A stretch of 64,000 nucleotides of DNA from an uncultured delta proteobacterium (GTDB taxonomy: Bacteria; Myxococcota_A; Polyangia; Polyangiales; Polyangiaceae): the NCBI GenBank assembly GCA_963696385.1, contig CAVOKF010000007.1:64001-128000 (forward strand), read 5' to 3'. Position 1 is the stretch's first letter; every line of letters starts with the position of its first letter. This document shows, piece by piece, positions 55,055 to 64,000 of this stretch. The notes under the pieces were generated by a model. That model saw only the letters and a list, made by a program, of their open reading frames with translations, did not search any database and had not been told where the DNA came from. Made by a program: the position numbers and the translations under genes.

Positions 55055-55503
55055 GACGCGCCTGCTGCGAGATGAAGCACGTGTCTCACGACGAACACGG
55101 TGGCCGCACCCGTCGCCATGAAGACCGATGTCGCGACGGTCGAGCGCTTGGACAGGCGGGCGATCCCGCACAGTCCGTGGCCGCTCGTGCACCCGTTGCC
55201 GAGGCGCGTTCCGAAACCGACGAGCAGGCCCGACACGATCGCAACGGCGGCCGTTTGCTCGGACGCGAATACCAAGGTCGATCGATCCACGAGCCTCAGG
55301 GCGAACCCGCCGGTGAGCAAACCGGCGAGAAACACGAGGCGCCAATTCCGATCGTCTGCGGCGACCCACGGAATTTCGCCGAGGATCCCGCTGATGCCGA
55401 GGATGCGGCCGTTGATGACGAAAAGGAGGGAGCACGCAACGCCCAGCAAGAGACCGCCGAGCGACGATGCGACGGGGGTGAAATGATTCATGATCGGATC
55501 CAT
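55051..55503 (-). CDS. YeeE/YedE-family sulfur transport membrane protein
   Basis: GRILGISG, LVGFGTRLGNGCTSGHGLCG. Confidence 0.92.
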   Translation of the reverse strand: MDPIMNHFTPVASSLGGLLLGVACSLLFVINGRILGISGILGEIPWVAADDRNWRLVFLAGLLTGGFALRLVDRSTLVFASEQTAAVAIVSGLLVGFGTRLGNGCTSGHGLCGIARLSKRSTVATSVFMATGAATVFVVRHVLHLAAGAS

Positions 55504-55782
55504 GCCCTTTCGATGCGGAGACCCACGGAGCCGAGCGGCGTGCGCCTCGCCTCGTCTTATATCCTAGACTTCCTTTCCGAGCCGCTGCCAACCCGGGTCT
55601 AGGCTCGAGAGCGCACGATCGCGTCATCGACCCTCTTGTCCGATTCCCTCTTGGCAATGGACGTTCGTGTCTGTTATAGCGGATGCTTCCTTGCGAGGCC
55701 TCGGCCGGTAGCGCGGCAGGTGTTTGCCACCGCTCGGGTCTTTGCGTTCCGGCAGTTGCTCCCTCCGTCACGGGGAATCCGA

Positions 55783-57396
55783 ATGGCACGTTCTTTTTTG
55801 ATGTTCATGGCCTTCACCTTCGCTTGGTCCACGATCGACCCGGCGCACGCCCAGAGCGCGGCGGCTTCGGCGGCTTCGGCGCCCTTGCCGTCGCCGCTTC
55901 CGTCCGGCACCACCGCAGCGCAACCGCCAGCGCTGGAACAGCCGCCGGCCGTCGCACCCACGCAACCGGCTCGACCGACTCCCGCAGCCGAGGGCAGTCC
56001 TTCCGTGCCGGTTTTGCCCTCGTCGATGGAGAGCCCCGTCGCCCCGCAGTCGGCCCCGATCGGCTTGTCTCCGAACGCGGCTCCCGCGGCGACGCCGGAA
56101 GGCCCACCGGGAATCCGCGAGTTACGCGCCACGCCAACCGCCAAGGGCGGCCCGGGGGACCCGGCCTCGGTTGCCGCCGGACCGGGAGGCTTCGGCCTGA
56201 GCTCCCACGACAAGCGGTGGCAGATTCGCTTTCGAGCCCTGGTTCAAGCCGACGGCCGTTTTTGGTTTGACGACACCCAACGGCCCGAGATCAACACGTT
56301 TCTCATTCGGCGGGCCCAGCCCTACATCGAGGGAAGCATGCCATACGGCGTGTCGTTCCTCGTCAACCCCGATTTCGGAGGTGGAACGACCGTGCTCCAG
56401 GATGCCTACCTCGGTCTCGATCTGGACGACGCGTTGAGGTTTCGCTTCGGCAAGTTCCGTCCGCCGTTCGGCCTCGAGCGCTTGCAGCCGACGTCCAACT
56501 TGTCGTTCGTCGAGTTCGGCCTGCCGACGCTGCTCACGCCGAATCGAGACGTCGGGGCCATGGTCCACGGCGATCTTTTCAAAGGCATCTTCGGCTATGC
56601 GGGCGGCATCTTCAACGGAGTGCCCGACAACGGCAGCGCGGACCTCGCGAACGACAGCCCCAAGGAGTTTGCAGGGCGGGCTTACTTTCGCCCCTTCAGA
56701 CTGCTCCGACCCGAGTTGCTGGGCCGGCTCTTCGTGGGCGTCGCCACGACCTTCGGGCGCGTGCACGGAAACCCGACGAATACCTCGCTGACCAACCCAG
56801 CATCGACTCCCGCGTACAAGACACCTGGACAGATCAACGACTTCACCTACATCACAGCCGCGTCCGGCACGACGGCCAATTATGCGAACACCGTCGTCGC
56901 GAACGGCCCCCACAATCGCTACGGAGCGTACTTGTACGAGGCCATCGGCCCGCTCGGCATTCTCGGCGAGTACTACATCTCCGATCAGGAGGTTGGGCGC
57001 GCAGGCTACCCCAACACTTGGGTCAGCAACCACGCGTACCAGGCCCAGGCCACCTTCCTCTTGTTCGGCGCGCAGGCATCCTACGACTTCGTGCACGTGG
57101 AGACGCCCGTCGAGCCGGCCGCGGGCCATTTCGGAGCGCTCGAGCTTGCCGGCCGAGTGGGTCACCTTGGCATCGATCGCGACGCCTTTCCCACCTTTGC
57201 ATCGCCAACCGGATCGGCCCACGGCGCGACGGAGGTCACGGCCGGGATCAACTGGTACTGGAGCGACAACGCCAAGTTCGTGGTCAACTGGGATCACACC
57301 GAATTTCAGGGCGGGGCCAGCACGCCAGCGGAGCTGGCGATCGGCCATCGCGAGGCCGAAAATATCATCTTTCTTCGCGCGCAAGTCGTCTATTGA
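55783..57396 (+). CDS. OprO/OprP-like anion-selective porin
   Basis: Signal peptide, Pro-rich linker, QADGR, FLIRRA, QDAY, GKF..PFGLE, RDVG, GINWY. Confidence 0.82.
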   Translation: MARSFLMFMAFTFAWSTIDPAHAQSAAASAASAPLPSPLPSGTTAAQPPALEQPPAVAPTQPARPTPAAEGSPSVPVLPSSMESPVAPQSAPIGLSPNAAPAATPEGPPGIRELRATPTAKGGPGDPASVAAGPGGFGLSSHDKRWQIRFRALVQADGRFWFDDTQRPEINTFLIRRAQPYIEGSMPYGVSFLVNPDFGGGTTVLQDAYLGLDLDDALRFRFGKFRPPFGLERLQPTSNLSFVEFGLPTLLTPNRDVGAMVHGDLFKGIFGYAGGIFNGVPDNGSADLANDSPKEFAGRAYFRPFRLLRPELLGRLFVGVATTFGRVHGNPTNTSLTNPASTPAYKTPGQINDFTYITAASGTTANYANTVVANGPHNRYGAYLYEAIGPLGILGEYYISDQEVGRAGYPNTWVSNHAYQAQATFLLFGAQASYDFVHVETPVEPAAGHFGALELAGRVGHLGIDRDAFPTFASPTGSAHGATEVTAGINWYWSDNAKFVVNWDHTEFQGGASTPAELAIGHREAENIIFLRAQVVY

Positions 57397-57436
57397 GGCC
57401 TGCGAAACCGCACTGGCCCGACCCAAGGAGATCAGG

Positions 57437-57796
57437 ATGCTCTTACCTTTCGTTTTGCGATGGTCCGCTTTGACCCTGGTCGCCGCTATGCTTTCGGGCT
57501 GCCAGGGAGACGACAACACGCTGCCGTTGCCGCCCGACGCGAGCTCGGACGCACACGCGGACGCCACTGCGCACGACGGCGCGACGGAAGCGGCCTCCGA
57601 GGCCGCGGCGGATGCCGGCGCACAGACCGATTCGGGCGACGCGGCGGCACCTTTGGGCGATTCCACCACCGACACGTCGAGCGGCGAAGATGCCGCGGAC
57701 GACGGCGCCCCCCTGGTCGACGCCAGTGATGCCGCCGAGGACGACGGCGCCCCGCTGGTCGACGCCGGCGATGCCGGCGATGCCGCGTCGCCCTAA
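57437..57796 (+). CDS. Small acidic lipoprotein (lipobox + Asp/Ala linker only)
   Basis: AAGGAG RBS, LSGC lipobox, DAG/DAS repeats. Confidence 0.7.
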   Translation: MLLPFVLRWSALTLVAAMLSGCQGDDNTLPLPPDASSDAHADATAHDGATEAASEAAADAGAQTDSGDAAAPLGDSTTDTSSGEDAADDGAPLVDASDAAEDDGAPLVDAGDAGDAASP

Positions 57797-57816
57797 CCGG
57801 CGGACTCCGAAATGGC

Positions 57817-58157
57817 ACGGAAGGGCCCGCGCTGCCGCCTTGCGCACCTCCGCGTCCGCGTCGTCCCCCGCGAGGGGCTCGGCGCATCTGCCAATCGGAG
57901 TCCGATAGCGCCTTGACGAAATCCGCATGAGGGGCCGAGTCGCGGAAGAATGCGAGCGCCCCGATCGCGACCCGACGCACGCTCGGCTCGGAATCGTGCA
58001 AGGACGTGCGCAGCACTTCGATCGTGTCGGGCATCCGCAAGTACCCGAGCGAGATAACCGCCTCTCGCCGGACATCCGGCGACGGATCGCGCGTGGCGAG
58101 GGCGAGCGCGCCGAGCGCGCGTCCGTCCTTGTGCTCGCGCAGGGCCACGATCAAGGC
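57817..58157 (-). pseudogene. HEAT-repeat protein fragment
   Basis: DPSPDVRREAVISLG, DSEPSVRRVAIGAL, DSDWQMR; 5' end cut at an IS end. Confidence 0.7.
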
Positions 58158-58228
58158 TGCGTGCGCCGGCCCATCGTGAACACCGATTCCAGCCCATCGT
58201 GAACACCCGTTCCACCATCGTGAACACC
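58158..58228 (+). mobile_element. IS21-family terminal remnant
   Basis: TG start, then three CCATCGTGAACACC repeats (58171, 58194, 58215); no istA/istB follows. Confidence 0.7.
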
Positions 58229-58651
58229 CCCGCGTCGGCGACGCCCGCAATCTGGCGGCGCGCACCCAACGAGCGTGCGTTGTCATGTCCGTCAGTACCG
58301 GGCGGCCGAGCAGGCCTTCGCCGACACATCCGAGCCGCGCCACGGCAACGACGACGACATCCCCGAGCACGAAACGGACGACGACGGCCTCTTCTGACCC
58401 TCGCGTCCTCGCCAAACCACGGACCCCGGCGCCGGCCTCGAGCCCGCTGGGGGACGTTTCGTCGAGAGCCCGTCACTGCGCCCCCATCGCAGTCACTCCC
58501 TTCACCGCGACCAACCCCCCGTCTACCCGTGTCACGACGCGTCCGCCGCGAATTTCCACGTCGGTCTACGGGAGCTGCAGCTCACTCGCATGTGAAAAGC
58601 TCCAGAACACAATCCGTCCCAGATCCTTGATCTCATCTCCGTCTCGGTGCA

Positions 58652-59170
58652 CTAGTCGCCAAGATCGCCATCGCACGCGCCCACCGAACCCCACGGCTCG
58701 GTGGCGTAGTCGCACTTCACGACAGTGTGACCGCTACATGCGCAGACCAGGATGGCGCACGCGTCCTCGGGCTCGCCGCCGCAGACCGGGTGAGCCTCGG
58801 CTCCGCAGCCCGCCGTCTCGTACCTGAGCACGAGTGGTGGCGAACACCCGCTGGTGTCGTTGGGCGCGTCTGACGCGTCCGTTGCGTCGAGGGTGGCATC
58901 GACCGGCCCCAACTCGGGCAATGCATCCGTCGCGTCGAGGGTGGCATCGACCGGCCCCAACTCGGGCAATGCATCCGTCGCGTCGAGGGTGCTGTCGACG
59001 GGTGCCGCCTCCGACAGCCCGTTCGTCGCGTCCATGCTGGCATCGAGAAGTGCCGCTTCGGCTCCGTTCGCGTCGGAGGCTTCGGGGTACGGGTGGGTCG
59101 CCGAGGAGCACCCGGCGAGTCCGGCGCAGGCGAACAAGAGGAACAGTCCTAACCGAGAGCGAGCTTCCAT
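58652..59170 (-). CDS. Cys-rich lipoprotein with a 48-bp repeat in the Asp/Ala linker
   Basis: LAGC lipobox, LDATDALPELGPVD x2, C-terminal Cys domain. Confidence 0.75.
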   Translation of the reverse strand: MEARSRLGLFLLFACAGLAGCSSATHPYPEASDANGAEAALLDASMDATNGLSEAAPVDSTLDATDALPELGPVDATLDATDALPELGPVDATLDATDASDAPNDTSGCSPPLVLRYETAGCGAEAHPVCGGEPEDACAILVCACSGHTVVKCDYATEPWGSVGACDGDLGD

Positions 59171-59329
59171 GTTCACGAGTCGCGTACTTGGCGCGATCGT
59201 GAAGCGCGATGAGGACTTGTCCACTGCTTGAACGCAACTCGAAGTCGTAGGTCTCGTGGTCAGCGCACCTGCGCAAAGCGCCGCTCGCGAGATGGTCATC
59301 CCCACCCGAAAACCATACTGCATGCCAGG

Positions 59330-60520
59330 TGTGGTGGTCAACAAGTCGTTCGGCAGTCACGCAGCCCTTGAGTAACGGTGGTGGAGCCCACCGACGCGGG
59401 GAAGCTCGACGACCCTGCCACCGCTCGGCGGTTGGACGGCGCGCGCGACCGGCGCGTCGCGACCGAGAGACATGTGAGGTCGGTCCTCGTTGCAATAGGC
59501 GACATGCTGGCGGAGCAGGCGCAGCAGATGCCGCTCCCCAAGCACGATGACGTGATCGAGCAGCTCGCGACGTACCGTGCCGATCCATCTTTCCGCGTAT
59601 CCGTTTTGCCACGGAGAACGCGGCGAGGTGCGCACCTTCCGGACGCCGAGGTGGTCGACCCGTGCGTCGAACGCCGCGCCGAAGATGGCATTTCGATCTC
59701 GGGTCAGCCGCGCCGGCACGCTCGCCGCGCCGATGGCATTTACGATCTGCTGCGCGGCCCACGCGGCGTACGGGTGCGCCGTCACGTTGACGTGCAGCAC
59801 ACGGCGCCGGTCGAGCGAGAGGACGAAAAAGACCTAGAGGACGTGGAACGCGACCGTTGGCACGGTCAGAAAGTCGATCGCGATCGCTCCCCTCGAGATG
59901 GTCGCGGAGAAGGTCTTCCACGTCTGCGACGGGGGACGGCGTGGTCGCGGAGCTGGCTTCGGCATGTACTTGGCGACCATGTCCTTGTCGCGGCATGACC
60001 GAGCTTCGCCAGCTCGCTGGCGATTCTCCGCCGGCTCCACAGCGGATTCTCGCGCGGCATCTGCTCGATGAGGCTCACCAGCTCCGGCGCCAGGCGCGGC
60101 CGACCCACGGGGCGAGACCTCCACGCCCACTACCGAGCGGAGCCCCGCCGATGCCATGCGATCACGGTCGCCGGTTCGACGATCGCGAGGCACTCCGCCC
60201 ACCGCGACCACGCACGGGCGACGATGACCCAAAACGCGCGGTCGACCGGCCGGAGCCGCGGCCGAGGCGTTGCCCGACGAAGAATCGCGAGTTGCTGGCG
60301 AAGCGCGAGGTTCTCTGCAACGAGGCTCGCACGAGGCCGCAGCGCGGAGCGCAGCGTTCCGATAACGGCTTGCAGGATGGCGAGCATCGCGGCGAGGTTC
60401 GCGCCGGCCGCGCTCCCTGTCACTCGCGAATCGCTGCGGCCGACGCGGTATGCTGGGCGTTGGCTCCGCATCCGCTGCGTCCGAAGGAATCCTGAGAAAA
60501 TGCATTTTTTCGTCAGCACA
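59330..60520 (-). mobile_element. rve/integrase-core IS copy 4 (divergent, degraded)
   Basis: TGT...ACA ends (TGTGCTGACG at 60520; TGTGGTGGTC at 59330); AENLALRQQL, IDFLTV, PWQNGYAER, VGGLHHRY split by stops and frameshifts. Confidence 0.85.
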
Positions 60521-60667
60521 AGCGCCGCGGTCCGCCCTCTACGGCTGAGCTATGGTGCCAAAGATCGTGTGACGCGACGCGCCCGTGACGAGCGGATCGC
60601 CGCGGCGTAGGTGCCTGGACGCGGGCATTGACGTAAACGATGGTGGTGCGAGTCTTCCGGCCGTGGC

Positions 60668-61042
60668 GTGCGAAGCGAATGGAACTCAGGCGCAATGTTA
60701 ATGTGCGTCGTCTTCGCCGCCGCCATCGCGGGCCTCATCGCTTGGATAGGTTGGCTATGGCGACGGACGCCGGCACCCTTCTGGACGGGCCTCGTGGCGC
60801 TCATTCCAGTCGGCCTCGGGGGATGGTGCGTCGTTGCAATGGCGGCCGCCTTCATCGCGGCACAACGGGTGCCCGAGACCTTGTCTGCGCGTGAACAGTC
60901 GCGGCAGATCGCGCTGCATGACGAACACGCTTATCGGTGGGGCCTGCGATTCTGGGGAGCGGGCCTAGTGTCCGCCGGTTGGCTCCTATTCGTCATGTGG
61001 CGATGGGAGGCATTGGACCAGCCGCCCCGAGTAACCCGGTAG
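60668..61042 (+). CDS. Small three-TM membrane protein
   Basis: Three hydrophobic segments. Confidence 0.55.
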   Translation: MRSEWNSGAMLMCVVFAAAIAGLIAWIGWLWRRTPAPFWTGLVALIPVGLGGWCVVAMAAAFIAAQRVPETLSAREQSRQIALHDEHAYRWGLRFWGAGLVSAGWLLFVMWRWEALDQPPRVTR

Positions 61043-61351
61043 GCGACGGTGCCGAAGCGGTTCGCGATTGCACGGACGACGAACGCCCCAAAGGCGTTAT
61101 ATGTGACCGCGGTGGCTTCCGCGGCTCTTCGCGGCGCCGACGCGACTCACACCAACGCGCAGGGGGCGGCCATCAACGTGGGCTTCATCCGGACGGCCAT
61201 TCAGCAGCTCAACATTACTCCGCTCGTCAATTACTTACGCTGAGGCGCTCGTTGCGGGTGCCGTTCGGCAGAAGTCTTGCCAGACCCGTCGTGACGAGGA
61301 TGGGCTCGAGGCGGGGGGGGTGGCCGGGACGGCGGCGTCGTCCACCCGTGT

Positions 61352-62180
61352 TTGCCCGGCCGTGACGCGCGAATCGTGCTCGTCGACGTGATCGTCCCCA
61401 ACCTCTCGGGCGTGACGTCGCTTTCGGTCGGCTACGGCCCCTTGTCCCCCGTAGGGGGGGGCGGTGCCATCGCGTGTGCCGTCGTCACGGGCGGTGCAGT
61501 CGAGTGCTGGGGCAGCGGGCCCGTGGTGAATTCGACGGCGACCCCCGTCCCCATCGCCGGACTCTCGAGCGGCGTCACTGCTGTGTCGGTCGGAACCTCC
61601 GGCGCCTGTGCCATCACGGCCGGAGGCGGGGTCACTTGTTGGGGGAGCGGCGAATACGTCCGACCGACCGACCCGGTTCAAGTGGCCGATTCGTCGGCCG
61701 GCGCAACCGCGTTGTCCGTAGGTACGGAAGCGGCCTGCATAGTTGCCGCGGGCGGCGCCGTCATGTGCTGGGGCTCGAACGGAAGCGGCCAGCTGGGAGC
61801 CCCCGTACCGGACCGCAGCGATGTGCCGCTGCAAGTGCCTGGCCTGACTGATGGCTTCAAGTCCGTGGTCGTCGGAGACACCTTTGCCTGCGCGGTCTCG
61901 GCCGGCGGCGAGGTCGTCTGTTGGGGCGTCAGCCCGTTTCAAGACCCGGCGAGCCGGGGTCATCGTCGGGCCCGGCCCCGTGCCCGACTTGCCAAGCCTC
62001 GTGACCTCCATGGCGCTTGGCTACGGAAGTGCGCATGGCTACGGCAGCCCTGACACGGGGTGCGCGATTGCGTCCGCGGGTGGACTCTACTGTTGGGGAG
62101 GCAACCGCAACGCCCAGGTCACGGGCGATCCTTCCTCGCCCCAGGTCATCGCCGTGCCGCAGCGGGTGACGGGGTTCTAG
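61352..62180 (+). pseudogene. RCC1-repeat protein, 5'-truncated, frameshift near 61950
   Basis: CAV..GG.V.CWG repeats, GSNGSGQLG; continues in the frame 61851..62180. Confidence 0.8.
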
Positions 62181-62495
62181 CGAGATGCGGGCTTCCGAGG
62201 GGTCCAGGACGTTTCGCCGACCGACTTGGGGAGCGCTACTTCGTGGGTAGGTCCGATGGCCTTCGCCCGTCGAGCGGGGAACACGTGCTCGTGGCGACCA
62301 CGTGACGAGCTTCGTCTATGGACTGCGGAGACTCCGTCACCAGGGGCGGCCCGCTCCTTGGCGCTACCGGAACCGCCCCGCAGCGGCACCCGCCTCGGAG
62401 GGTCATCGCTGCCCTCTGCGGCAAGCGCGTCGCTCCGTCCCGCTTCGAGCCGGAATGAGCGCAGCATCGGGGCGTTGTGACCGAACCCCAGCCCG

Positions 62496-63602
62496 TCACG
62501 GTAGCCCCCGCAGAAACATGTCGGCTGCGGCGAGGAGCTGGCTCGTCTCGACGAATTCGTCGGCCGCATGGGCTTCTGCAATGTCGCCCGGACCGAAGAC
62601 GACGGCATCGATACCCGCCTCGGACAGTAGCGCAGCCTCCGTCCAGAACTGCAAATCCACGGGCCCACGCGCCGCACCCCCAAGCAGCGGCGCGAAAGCG
62701 GCAAGGTCACGCGTCGCGAACGGAGGATTCGCGAGGATCACCTCCCACGTGATCGGGTCGGGTTCGGCTGCAGCGCGTGCCTCCCCTTCGGCCTCGCGAT
62801 GAAGCGCAAGCAGGTCGGCACCCGGCCAGGGGCGAAACGAAACCGTCAAGGTGGCTCGCGGGGGAATGACGTTGAACGCCACACCTCCGTCGATTCCCGC
62901 CACGTTCAGGCACAGTCCTTCAAAACCGGGAGGACCGTCGGTGCGCCGGCGACGACCCCACGCGTCCAATGCCACGGCGGCGCGCGACAGCGCGACCATG
63001 GGCGCGGGAAGTGAATCGGCTTGCGACGAGTGTCCGCCCCGTGAAGTCGCCGTACCTCGCGCTACGGCCACCCCACGATGGCGAATGCCGACGTGGCATC
63101 GGGTGGGCTCGCACACAATCGCACGCTCGAATCCTCGCCCGCGGCCCGACTGGATGAAAGCTCGAAGTACGCTGTTGCTGCGCTCCTCGTCGCCCGAGAA
63201 GAGGATGCCTACGCCGTTCACGGGCCGGCCGCTTTGCGCCCGCTCGTCGAGCGCTTCCAGCACCGCAGCGATCGCTCCTTTCGTGTCGGCCGCGCCGAGC
63301 CCGTACAGCCGGCCGCCACGCTCGACGAGCGTCAGCGGCGACGCCGTGTAACCTAGGCTGGCCGGAACGGTGTCGACGTGTGCATTCACCAAAATACGCG
63401 GAGACGGACCGAACACGGCGAAGACCGCGTGATGTCGTTCGATCGAAAATGTCTCGACCGCGGAAGCTCCTAGCGCACGAAGCTCCGCCGCGAGCTTCGC
63501 GATGACCGGACGCTCATCTCCTCCCGGGTTCTGCGTATCGACCGCAACGAGATCGGCCAGACGTCGACGCAACGATTCGGGGGCAGGGATCGAACGGCTC
63601 AT
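62496..63602 (-). CDS. argE: M20 metallopeptidase, acetylornithine deacetylase-like
   Basis: NAHVDTV, GLGAADTKG, GDEE, CEPT, TEA, FGPG....AH..DE. Confidence 0.85.
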   Translation of the reverse strand: MSRSIPAPESLRRRLADLVAVDTQNPGGDERPVIAKLAAELRALGASAVETFSIERHHAVFAVFGPSPRILVNAHVDTVPASLGYTASPLTLVERGGRLYGLGAADTKGAIAAVLEALDERAQSGRPVNGVGILFSGDEERSNSVLRAFIQSGRGRGFERAIVCEPTRCHVGIRHRGVAVARGTATSRGGHSSQADSLPAPMVALSRAAVALDAWGRRRRTDGPPGFEGLCLNVAGIDGGVAFNVIPPRATLTVSFRPWPGADLLALHREAEGEARAAAEPDPITWEVILANPPFATRDLAAFAPLLGGAARGPVDLQFWTEAALLSEAGIDAVVFGPGDIAEAHAADEFVETSQLLAAADMFLRGLP

Positions 63603-64000
63603 AGCAAATGTCCGTGGCGAAGGTCGAAGGCTGCCGAGAGACCGCGCTCACCGGCCGTGCGAGTCCGGTTATCGCCTGGAACGGCGAACCGATTGGGCTT
63701 AATTTAAGAGGACCGGCATGTTTGTGCTGCACGGATTCGCCCCGTTCGTCGTCTTCGAGAAGCCCGGGCGTCCGGCGCGTGAAGGCACCTGGCTCTTCAC
63801 CAAAGTGAGGCGGAAGTTCGCGGCCAAGCCCGCTAGCAAGGAATTCCGCGCGAGGCCGGTCAAGGCGATCCGCCATGCGGCGATCTGACTCCGGAGGAAG
63901 GGCTTGAGGCATGGGGGACATCACGGTCGTCGAAGCCGATTCTGTCTCGGCCCGACCACGTTGAGGCGGTCGTGGACCAGATCGACGCTTACTCGCGCGA

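Noticed and set aside
58171..58228. Possible mini-CRISPR or iterons (CCATCGTGAACACC x3)
   Set aside because: 14-bp repeats at a 21-23 bp period after a TG end fit IS21 subterminal repeats; no rep or cas gene.
61025..61046. TAACCCGGTAGGCG resembles the 3' end of a c-di-AMP riboswitch
   Set aside because: The upstream aptamer elements are missing and the stretch is the end of a coding region.
26600..62200. Integron cassette array (TA modules plus small varied ORFs)
   Set aside because: No integron integrase, mixed gene orientations, and no attC-like RYYYAAC...GTTRRRY pairs that I could identify.
63514..63924. 136-aa ORF upstream of argE
   Set aside because: Overlaps the argE start, has no recognisable motif and lies at the window edge.

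Overview
GC-rich window that looks like a Myxococcota (Polyangiaceae-like) chromosome; this is inferred from the gene families (Ser/Thr kinase-PEGA cluster, sigma-54 activator, ECF sigma, many Asp/Ala-linker Cys-rich lipoproteins). 1-26.5 kb is mostly core or conserved: KamA radical SAM next to a WYL regulator, thymidine phosphorylase, an ECF/sigma-54/kinase signalling block, metG, biotin carboxylase, xseA, aroE and a two-component pair. About 26.6-62.2 kb is an accessory region. It has three type II TA modules, a solo AbiEii-like nucleotidyltransferase, four rve/integrase-core (IS481-like) elements, an intact IS3, IS1/IS21 remnants, MITE-like repeats, many secreted or lipoprotein genes, a LysM + putative effector cluster and a YeeE/porin pair. 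argE closes the window. Main observations: (1) a 4.2-kb segment with perfect 33-bp terminal inverted repeats and no transposase of its own; removing it rejoins a transposase gene in frame, and it sits within a multi-layer nest of insertions; (2) a recurring 'transposase + divergent passenger gene + conserved end motif' layout that suggests IS-mediated capture of surface-protein genes; (3) a candidate orphan effector/immunity module. Several single-base frameshifts in otherwise intact genes may be sequencing errors. I recognised no rRNA, tRNA or CRISPR array. All family assignments are by eye, without database searches.
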